From positions 1 to 24,729 of the IMG/VR virus record IMGVR_UViG_3300028196_001631: DNA of 24,729 nt; one strand, given 5' to 3'. Shown here piece by piece: positions 9,067 through 21,000 of the stretch. The notes beneath the pieces are model-generated. The model was given only the letters and a program-made list of their open reading frames with translations. It did no database searches and was not told the origin of the DNA. The position numbers and the translations under genes are program-made. This DNA is from a virus (Duplodnaviria; Caudoviricetes). Numbering within the stretch: position 1 is the first letter of the stretch; each line of letters begins with the position of its first letter.

Positions 9067-12000
9067 TTATCCATAATTTACGAATCTCAGTGGTTCAGAC
9101 CTTAAAATATTAGGTGATGTTGAAATTCCACCAATACCTTGCATATTATGTGCTCCATATTCAGTGGCAGTTACTCTATTTTCAACAGAAATTCTTCCCC
9201 AACTATAGGAACCTTGATAATTAGATGTTGTCATTCCAGTAGTTCCATTAAAGTTAGCATCAAAGTCAAATCCTACTGGAGGATTATCAACTTTTGCACG
9301 CACTCTCACTACTGCTGTTCCTATTCCACCAACAACTCTAGAAATTGTTGATACTTCCAATGGTTCATAAACCCCATCAAGATACGAAGTACTTATCCCT
9401 AAAATATTACCATCACCATCATAAGATGTTATTGATGTAGTTGCAGATCCAATATTTGAATTATATAGAACAAATGCATCACCAACCTCAATTTGAGTAA
9501 TCGTTATACCAATTCCAGAAACATAATTATGAGTTGAACCACCTTCTATAAGTGTAAAAGAATTTAGACTAAAGACATCATCATTTGCTGGGATGTATAA
9601 GTCAAATAAAGCAAATGTATCTGCTCCAATTGCTGTTGTTGCAAATCCAACAACAGTTCCAGAATCACCACGATACCCTCCTGGGAAGTATACCTTACAT
9701 TCTTCAATATTTTCCGCTTCCGGTGGAGAAATTAAGACCTTTGGAGTAGATAATGTTGAATAACCAACTCCGCCAGCATTTGTTACTGTAATGCCAGTAA
9801 CAACTCCATTAGTAAGAGTAGCACTAGCAGATGCTGTTGTAGTTGTTCCAATACCTACACCTGTTGTGCTTGCTATACTTACATTTGGAATATTAACATA
9901 ACCTTTTCCTCCATTTGTTATCGTAACTGAAGAGACCGTTCCTGCAACAGAAACTGTTGCAGTTGCAGTTGCAGATTGCTTTTCAACTAATTGATGTATC
10001 TTGATTTTATTTTGGAAAAGTAATGATGTGGTATTTTCATTATTTTGATTGAATAGTGGTCTAGCAGTATCTAAGTGGAACACAGTAGAACCGATACCAA
10101 CAGATTTAATTAAGTTTGCTGATGGTAAAATATTAGGTTCATAGAATACCCTTGATTTAGAAACTACACGACCATCAATTATTCTATCTTCAGTCTGGCG
10201 GCACCAATCTACTGGCCTAGTTAAATCAACATCAGTAGTATTTCCTGGACCATAATAAGGAACTGTTTCTACAGTATCTGTAGTAATGATATCATTAACG
10301 ATTCTAGGATCTTCATTAAATCTAATATCATTAGATTTTATTCTAAGATCATCGCCTATCTTAACAGTCTCGATAACTTCTTTAGTAACGACATCGGCAC
10401 CAGCTCCATTTCCCTTATAGAAGACAATTCTTAAGAAATCACCAACTCTAGGTGCTTCAGTAAACCGTATTCTATTACCTCCAGCAAATAAGTAAGATTC
10501 TCCTGGGACTTGAAGAGTATTATTCAGAAATACTAACAATAACTGTGCTGGATCAATCTTAGATCCTCTAGATGCTATAATAGAAATTCTTTCACCATTT
10601 CTAATCAGTGGGAATAGTTTTCTCTTACCGTCAATATAGGCATTAACATTATCTAAAACTTCAAGTTCACCAAGACTCCATCCATTAAAGTTATCATCAA
10701 AAGTTTTGTCAATAACAAGTTTAAATTCTTCAAAGTTTGAAGAACCTGTAGTAGGAATACCAGTTTGTCCTCCTGTTGGAATAGTTAAAATGTCTCCATT
10801 TCCATATGCATATCCTGTATTTGTAAATTCAAAAGAAACAACACTAGATCCATTTCCAACTACAACATTAACTCTTGCTTGAGTACCAACTCCCGTTAAA
10901 GTATTTTCATCTGAATATACTAAAGGCATATTTGAATATGGTAGTGGTTTATCAAATATAATATCAGGGAGAACGGTATCAGATCCAATACCAACATCAA
11001 GATTGAATCCAGGATTAGTAATAGTAACGCTAGTGGAGATATGACCAGTTCCAGTTATAACTGTTGTAAAACCAATATGCTGAATAGATGTGGTTGCCGC
11101 ACTGACAATAGAACCTGCATCAGCAGAAACAAATGTATGTGTATATTGCCCACCAGCACGAACAGCATTTGCTGCCGCACTTTGGAATGAGTGGAGGTAG
11201 TTGCCACCAGATACAACTGCATTTGCTACAGCCGATATAAATGTATGTGCTGTGGTATTAGATGATGCACCAACATTCAGAGTAATAGTTGTTGCACTAA
11301 CTGCAGTAATATTTACAGCAGTTTGATATGCTGGATCACCACTTCTAGGATATGTGTGATTAGAACCATGACTATCCTGAGCGCAAGTAAATGTCAGTGA
11401 GTTGTCACCAAGTCTAACTGAAGTTCCGGTTGTTAAAGTGTGAGATCCAATTGTTAATTCTAGAACACCAGTTGTAGGATTATATGTTGCAGCAGATACT
11501 TGATGATTGACAAGAGGTGAAGCACCAACGTTGACATTAATAGTTGTTGCACCAACTCCAGTAATATCAAGAGTAGTATTTGCTGCAGGATCAGTTGCGC
11601 GAGGATATGTCTTGGTTGATGTATTGCCATCCATTGCACACTTAAAGGATAATGAATCAGTTACAATAGATATACCTCTACCAGCAACAAAGTTATGAGC
11701 ACCAATAGTAAGTTCTAAATTTCCAGTATTAGGTGTGTATGTTGCATCTGAAACATTAAAATATACAAAGGTTGAGAAACCAACAAATGTTTGTATATTT
11801 TCACCAGAAACATCCTCAATCCTTAAAGGTCTATTCCATGAATTAGTATCAAGATTTGGTCTAGGATATGATTTAACCCTAGTATTATTGTCACTACTGC
11901 AAGTAAATCTTAAACTATTATCATTAATTGTAATATAATCGCCTTGATTTAATTCATGCTCTATTGGAAGAGTTATAGACAGAATTCCAGTTATACCATC

Positions 12001-15000
12001 ATAATCCGCGTCTAATACCTCATATGTAAGACCAGGAACTGCTCCTGAACTAATATTACTAGTAGCAGCACTAACATTAACAATACCATATGGAAGTGTT
12101 ACACCAATACTTACTTGAGTCCCGGAAGGAATATCAAGTAAGGTTGGATTTCCTACAGTAAGATTAACTGAAGTGTTTCCAGATCCAATACTTGCAACTT
12201 TGGAAAGAGATGCTTTCTTAATTGTACCAATACCAATATATGCATTAGTTCCATCATAAATTTCATTGAGAATACCAAATACACTATTTTGATTATCAAT
12301 AAAAATTTCTGTTGCACCAGCAGAAACTAGATGATTTGTTTCTGTTAAAATTTCAAGGAACTCATTATTTCTATAACCACTTCCTGTATTGCCTATAGAA
12401 GAATTAGTTCCAGTACCCGTAAAGTCAATTGAAACTATTGTCCCAAGACCTGAGATAGATACCGTAGCAGCTGCTGAGACTAATGGTTGATATCCAAAAC
12501 CTTCAGATGAACCAATTGATTGTATAACACCAGCAGTAGGGAAACTACTAATACCAACGTCTTCAGATAATATTTTAGGATTGCCAGTAAATATTGCACT
12601 AGTAATTCCCGCAACTTCATCAAGACGATAATCTTCATCCACTGTTAATCCTGGAAGTTGGAAAACTCCATTGACTAACATTACTGCATTATTAGTTGCA
12701 ATTCCAGAAATTGGAACTCCATCATCATCACGAATTTCAAAAATTGCATTAATAGCATTAAATCTATCAGATATATCCTGGAAGACATGATTATTGGTAT
12801 ATGTATCAGTTATTGCGGAGGTAATTTTACCTCTCATGTAACTTCTTCCACTAAAGGTAGATCCTTTTGCAACTCCCTGCCAATCAATTTCACTAGAAAC
12901 ATTAGGATCACTTACGGGTTCAAGACCATAAGGTGCTTCAGAGAAACTTATTGTGCTATTAGTAATATTATAATTTCCACTAATCTTAGTAATTAAAGAT
13001 CCTGCAGGATGGTTTAAAAACCGCGTTCCAAGTCTTGCTCTTCTAACACCAATTCTATTTTCACTACCACCAACACCAACTCCAGTAATCTTCATGAGTT
13101 CGCCATTAATTCTAATATCGTCCCCACCAAAGAATGAAGTAACACCTACAAGTTCAAGAATATCTGTAGTAGAAAGTGCAGTATCTCTGAGTGAACTAGT
13201 AATCGCTGTAGATACAATAGGACTTTGAATCATATTGTCAAGCGTTACAATAACTCTAGAATTTTGATCAGTTGTTAATAATCTATGGGAAGTTCCACTT
13301 CCAACTGCATTAAATTCTATAAAGGTTGGAGCAGGAAGAAGTGCTGCTTGAGGACTTGTTGCCAATCCAATGGTATCATCATCAACTTTAATTACAAATA
13401 AATTTTCTCCATTATCTGGAAGCAATGTTGTTTGACCAACTCCATTAATGGATGTTTGAGCAATACTTATTGCAGAGAATGTATCATTGAAATCATTTCT
13501 AAAATAACTAACTTTCTCTCCAGATATAAAGAAATGATTTGGTAACTTAATAGTATTATCTGTTACACTAACAACTCCGACATTACCACCATCAAACCAA
13601 AACTCAAATATATCTTGATTTTCGTGAGTTAGATCAAAGTCAGTCTTAACTGCATTAAATGTTCCAATATAATCATCTCTATCTCCAGTAATAAGTCCAT
13701 TTGTAAAATCTAGATGAGTATCAACATCATTACTTGAGGCAGACTTCAGATGATGTGCCAAAACATTAACTTCAGTTTCAATATTTGCATTTGGAGTAAA
13801 GTGTACATTTAATCCAAAACCAGTTGAATCTACTTCTGCACCAAATGTACCCAAACCGGAAGAAGTACGCAGACCTGCAAATTCTACTATGTAACTTTCA
13901 CTACTGACTCCAACAGCATTAATTGTTTCAACAACAATTATTTCTAAAGATTCATGTTCATTATTTGTTTTATCCGAAACATTAACAAACAACTTAGTGG
14001 CATGATATTCCTCTGAATTTTCAATAAAACGATATCCACTAATTGTATTAATTCCTGGGGATGCTGAAGATGGAATATTAGTAGATCTAGCTTCAAGTTT
14101 TACATGATTCATATTGTAAGTTGAAATTCCTGTTGTTGCAGTTTGTGCAAGACCAACCTGAATAGTATTAATTACTGCAGTTGTTCCAATTCCTGCATTG
14201 GGAATAAATTCAACTATAATATTATTATTATCAAGATATGGCCAGAAAGTTCCATATCCAACGTTATTGGGACTGCTACCAAGAGTTGTAAATAAATTTC
14301 CAACTTCTAAATGATCACATACTTCTGTTCCATCATGAAGTAAATTTAACTGTGTGAATGCAAATTCTTCATTTTGAGACCCACTATCTGGATTGATAGA
14401 GACCATAACCGATAACGAATTATATGTGCTTCCAATGGAAACAATAGTGACCCCAGTTCCAACATTATTAAATTTGGTACTTGATGTATTAATTACAGCA
14501 ATATCACCAAAAGAACTATTTCCTATACCAGCAAATTCGTCATCAATTTTATATGAAATATAAGAAATATTAAAGTCATTAAAATCTACTTTTTCATCTA
14601 CCGGATAAAATCTAACAAAACCTTGTCCTGCAGAAATACCAAAATCAAGAGAACCTAGATTTTTATTTGTAGTATGAATTATAGCATATTCGTTACTATA
14701 GCTGTAATTGTCATCATGAATTACATCAAAGATTGATACTTGTCTTTCTGAAGTAAATCTCTTATCTCTAGCAAGAACAATATATCTTAAAAATCTATGA
14801 CTATCTAAGTTAAACACGTCAAGGTCAACATATTCTTCTGTTCTTGGTCTATGGTTAAAGTAAGGACTAATATCATCTATCGCCAAGACTCTATTACCAA
14901 TTGCTTCATCATAAGAAGATATAAACCTACTTTCAAAAATTATATTAGTTGAAATCAACTCATTACCAAGTTCGGCATAATCTTCTCTTACTAAATCAAA

Positions 15001-18000
15001 ATCATTTACACAATTAATGTCAATTATGCCTACAATGTCCTTAATTAAATTGACATATGAAGAACCTTGAGTTGGTGAAGTTATAATTGAAGATTGGTTT
15101 TGATAAGATTCAAGTTGATAATTTGCAAACTTTTTGTAACCTGCAACGTGAGTCATTGCAGAAATTGGATCGTTCCACTTTTGTAGAGGTACAGTAGATT
15201 TTAGCGAATATGAGAAATTTTGATAATAATCATTATCGGGAATTCTTTGAAGATCATTATTCAAGAAACCTGCAATTTGCTTCCATCCCTTATCTCTTTT
15301 TATAGTGCTTCCATACTTACCGTATGCTTTGAATGGGAATATATTTTCATCAATTAATCCTCTAGATTTTGAAGTAACTCCAGTAATTTTTTCGTCTGCA
15401 ACAAATTCATCAGTAGAGTTAATTTTGAGAATTGAGTATTCCTCATCCCAATCTTCAACTATTGCTGTGTTGTTGCCAGATTTAACAATTTCATCAACAA
15501 TAAATCTATTTTGTTTAATGTCTACAGTGAAAATTGGAAAATCTCTTTGAGGAAGTAATCTTGGAGTAGACGTAATTTTACTAAATTCAACAACACTCAA
15601 TCCAGTCCCTAACTGATCTCCAATACTAAACGTGACCACTCCTGCTGCTCCACCAATGTTAGGATCAACCGCAGTAATGGTGAACAAATCATAGTTATAT
15701 TCATAACTATTAAATCCTCGCTCAGAAGAACCAATACCCGGATTACATCCCTCAACCATCAGTTTTTCGCCAACAACAAATGGATAGTAATCGCCAGTAG
15801 AATATTCAGTTTTTATAGTTGCAGCAACTGTTCTTGTTGATGGATCATATACCATACCATCACTGAGAGGACCGACATCAACAGGAACACCAGCACCAGA
15901 TTTAATTGGATAAATCTTTGGCAAAACATTGTTCATTCCATAAGTGTTTTTAAGAATCTCTACTCTTGATTCTTTACTATTAAATTTAAGATCAATATCA
16001 TCTACAATTTTACCCGTAATTCCGTCAACAACAATTAAGCTTTTCGCATCAAGATATCCTCTACCAAGAGAGGAAATTCCAATAAATTCAATAGAAGTAA
16101 ATGGAGTAATACGTAAAGATTGCGAGTAGAAGAATATTGGATTGAGTGTTTGATCTGATGGAAAATCATATCCATAATCAGTAATTTCAATATCTTCGAT
16201 TTTTCCAATATCAGAACTTTGTAATTCTAATACAGATCCAAAACCATTTGCGGTTGTAACTGTAGTGAATCCAGGAAGAACTTTATAGTTTTCGCCAGTA
16301 TTCAACATCTCTATTTCAGTGATTGATCCGTCAGTATGAGTACAATCGGTTATATACGATAATGATGCGTTATCCGAAGTATATAAAGCATTTTCAGGAA
16401 CTTTACTTAAACTATAAGTAAAACTGGTGGCAGTAGAGACTGTTACTTTATGGGAACCAGAATATGCACTATTCACAATTACAATAGAACCCGCACCAAA
16501 TACCGATTTGTCAAGATATACTCCCTTTTTAGATTCTTGTAATGGAACACCCGGAGTATATTTTGAAATTAAATTATAATAAAGTTCTTTTGGAGTGTCG
16601 TCATCAACATTTAAAATTACATTTGAATTTTGACCAACTATTCCAGTTTTTATTACTTTAAATTCGGTATCTGTTGGATTTTTTGTCCAAGGTTTTGTAA
16701 ATGTATTATCTTCGTAAAAGTCTAAATCAAACGCAGGATAGTCATTTTGGAAATAAGTATACTTTAGGGATTCATCTGACAGATCAAATCTAACTAAACT
16801 ATACCCTTCAACATTAATTTTAGGATTAACTATACCTAACGTTCCTGTAGTGGTTGCTATGCCAACAACAGTAATTGGTTGTTCCAGTTGAGAATTATAT
16901 AATGTTTCCGAAAGTTTAAAATTATCCTTATCAATTTTAACTGAATAATATGCAGTATTATGATTAAATGCCGCTAGTGCTTTATCACTAGTATGGATAA
17001 GTTTGTCTCCTGTAGAGAAACCATGGTCTTCTATATTAATAACTCCGGTAATTGTATCAATACCAAGAGGTTCAAACGTTTTTGGATTTATTATAATGTT
17101 TCTATTATAATCGTCATATTTCACAACTACAGTTTTTTCAAGTTTTGGTTTGATATCAAACAAAACTCTATGATTAGAACTTAGTCCATGAGTGGTTGCA
17201 GTGCTAACAGTTACTTTGTTACTAACTGCATTTGCTGTAATCTTTGGATATTGAGTAGTAAAACTATGGTAAGAACTAGTTCCAGCACCAACAAAGTATA
17301 CTAGTCCAACATTATTAGTTGTTGCTGCAACCCCCACAAATGATCCTGTAGAACCAATACCAACTTTAACTGTAGAAATTCCAATAAAATCTTTATCGAA
17401 TTTTGCAACATAGTAACTTCTATCGTCACCAAAATCAGATCCAACACCAATAGATGTAGTAGTATCTTCATATTTAATTGCAACTGCATTACTTCGATTT
17501 TTATTATATTTGACAATATCGCCTGTTTGAAGATTGTGGTCTTTGATATAAATTTTTTGTGGCAAAACAAATACATTTGTTGCCCCAGCACCAGGATTTG
17601 CGAAACTTATAGTGACTCCCAAACCTGGATTTGAAATACTGGGAGATAATCCGACAGATTCACTAGGGTTGAAATAAATTTCTTTATTAAATTTAAATTT
17701 AAATAAATTGTCATAATCAGAATTAAATAAAAACTTATTTGCTAAAACTGTTGCAGATGTTCCAACAAGGTGGATTGGTGAAGATGTCCCATCAATACCT
17801 CTAAGAATTCTAAGTCTACCTGATTGTTTTTCAACATTAAGAACTTTGACTTTTTCATTAGATATCTGAATAATATCGTTCTCTTTAATTGAATCAAAAT
17901 TAGTATTGTTAATATACAGATATGCAGGAGAACCACTATTACCAATGATATCTAGAGCATAAGTTGTTGCTCCAAGACTAACAAGAGTACATTCAGTTGC

Positions 18001-21000
18001 GGGAACATTTACTGTATAACTTCCTTTATATGGAGATTTTATTGTTGAGAAGTTTGAAAGGGTTACTATATCTTTATCACTATGAGCATGAGGACTTGTT
18101 CCAATAGCAACAAACTCGCCTTTTCTTGTAGAAGGATAAATGGACACATTACTATAGACTGTACTGCACGCAATACTTGATATCTTTTTCCCTTTAACAA
18201 AAGATACTCTAGCAGCAATACCTGATCCTCCAGATTTAGTTTGATCAAAAACTAACCTATCATTTACTTTATATAAATCTCCACCACTTAATATTTTTAC
18301 AGAATCAACCTTACCTCTACGAACTGTATTTGTGGTTAATTTTTGCTTTAGATCATTTGGAAGTGTAATGTATGGATATCTTGTGTTTTTATCAAAGAAA
18401 TTATATACTGAAGTGTTTCTCTTATAATCACTTTGATTCAAATCAAAATCATCCTGATTTGAAGTCCTTTCAGAATTAAATTTACTTGGAAGTGAATAAT
18501 AATTTTCTCCAATTATGTATGGAAAAACTGGTCTCTTATAATTTTTAAATATTCCACTACCATCAACAAGATCACTTATAGTTGAGAAATATGCATAGGT
18601 TCCATTTGGAAATTCTGGAGTTATACAGTATCTCCCATTATTTTTATCAAGAACACTTTGATCCTCTACTCTGTAAAAAGTAAAGTCTTCTATAAAATAT
18701 CCAGAAGCAAAATTGGGAGGTCTATTTTCTTTAAGAGAAGATTCGTCAATATATCCACTCTTCATTCTAGTAACTACACCACCAGATCTTAAAGAATATC
18801 CATAAGGTCCGTAGATGGGATTTCCGTCATATGCCCATCCAATGATTGGAGAATGATTTGTTGAGTTTAATTCTGTTCTATTAAACGGAATATCATTTGC
18901 CCCATATGACTTATTGCCCTCAGAATCACTTGGAATCATTATTCTTCTCAAGTATCTCGGAGTATAAAGGTGAGCATACTGAATACCATAATCTTTAGTG
19001 AGTGATCTTGTTAACACTCCATCATCTTGTTCAAGTTTATCTAAATTTTCTTCAAATAAATTTATTTTCCAAGATTGCAATTTAGGTTTAAATTTGGACT
19101 GAGAAAGAGATTCTAGAGATACTGCACGAATTGTCGTATTATCTGGACTATACCCACGACCACCTTCAATTACGATAATTTTATCAAGTGTACCATCACT
19201 TCTAAGTGTTGAAGTTAATACCGCGCCAGTTCCATCTCCGTCAACAATAATATTTGGAGAAGAAGTAAAATTTTGACCTCGGTTCAAAGGAATTGCTTTA
19301 GTTATTTGACCATTGTTAGTAATAACTTTAATTTGAGAAGATTGTCCAATAGAATAACGAACAACAGGACTTCTTTCAAAATCTCTAATGTCGGTAACAC
19401 CATAACCAACTCCACCATTGCTTATATGAACATTATCAATTAATCCTCTAAATCTTGGTTGAATTTCTGCAACAAAATCTGATCCAATACCAGTTTTTCC
19501 AGAAAGAGTAACAGTGATTGCTGGATGGTTGAAAGTGTGAGTACCAACTCCAGATCTAATTAAATTAATATATTCGCCTCTATTTGAAAATATATTCGCA
19601 GTATTTCCGACTCCGGGAATAGAAAGTTTGAAGGAATCTTCATCTAAAATTGTTGCAATATAATCGGTGTTTATAGAAAGACCTGTTATTGCAGTTTCTG
19701 TAGAACCATAGTATTGGATTATATCTCCAGTGGAATATCCATGATTAATAGATGTAATCACATTCTGCGATGTATTGATGCCTACGTGAGGAGAAGTAAC
19801 CTTTCGGTTAGAATACCCCTGGCCAGGTTCAATGACGCTAATAGAGTCTATCTGACGCTTCTTGAGGAGTGCTTTTAGATTATGTCTACCAATCCCATTT
19901 CCAGTTAAGTCTACAGTATTAATACCGGTAACAGCATCATTGCGAGTGTTGAAAAGTTTTACATGAGTAGAATTTGCAATCCCAACGTAATATGCTGCAT
20001 TGGTTGTCAATCCTACAATTGCCTTCTGATTTGCAGTTCTATATGTAACTTGCTCATAGTCTCTAAATTTATGATATGTAGAAAACCCAATTGTATTTGT
20101 AGACTTATTAATAGTAGTACTATCAAATTCTGCAATATGATCCGACAACTTCATATTTACTGAAGCAGTGGCACCTTCTCCATTACCACCAGATATTTTA
20201 ATCGTAGGAGTTCCCTCATAGTCAAATCCTCTATCAATAATATTAATAGAATCTAACGAACCCGTAACTCCAAGAAAACCACCTGCACCCTTTCCACTAG
20301 AATCTTCAATGATTAAATTAGGAGGATTGATGATATCAAATTGATTATCGGAAGAAATTACGTCAATACTTTTAACTTCACCATAGTAAATATTTCGGTT
20401 TGACTTATAGTTTAAAATTTCAACACCATTTGCTAAAATTCCAGTCATTCCTGGACGTGTTTTAATAATACTTGACGATTCTTGTGATGGTACTGGAATT
20501 TCTCTTAAAAGTTTTTGGTCCTGTAAAATTTGATTATGATAATCATGTAATCTAATCTTATTGTTTCTTACCGTTGTAGATTTAAACGTAACATATTTTT
20601 TAAAGAAAATATTTTCTTTACTAATAGAAAAATTTAAAGTTGTATCATCAACCTTACTAACATAATAAGCACCAGCATCAAATAATTTAGTACCCTCAAT
20701 ATTTTCAGTTTGTTTATTCCCATTTATATCATAAAACTCTCTTGTAATAACTTCAGAATAATATTGAACTTTATCTCCAGTATTTAATCCATGATTTCTA
20801 GTAAAAGAAACTTCAGTTCCTTCAAAAGTTCCATTAATATCTAAATCGATAGAATTGATAGAGATTCCTTTTGATGGTATGGACGAAGATGCTACTAAAA
20901 TGTTATTATTAGAATCATTATAGACGTTTTGAACATCTGAATGATAATTCCCTATATTTGTAAAATTTGGTGCAATGCCTTTTGAAATTCTTTTTCTTAT

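Noticed and set aside
11104-12024. Repeats considered as a CRISPR array or a DGR template/variable repeat pair
   Set aside because: The similarity is at protein level with synonymous divergence. There are no identical DNA repeats with spacers, no adenine-specific mismatch pattern that I could see, and no reverse transcriptase in the window.
9139-20163. Short plus-strand ORFs inside gp7 (9139, 11507, 11735, 12787, 15305, 15944, 16993, 19963)
   Set aside because: They are 60-81 aa, fully antisense to a well-supported gene, and have no coding hallmarks.
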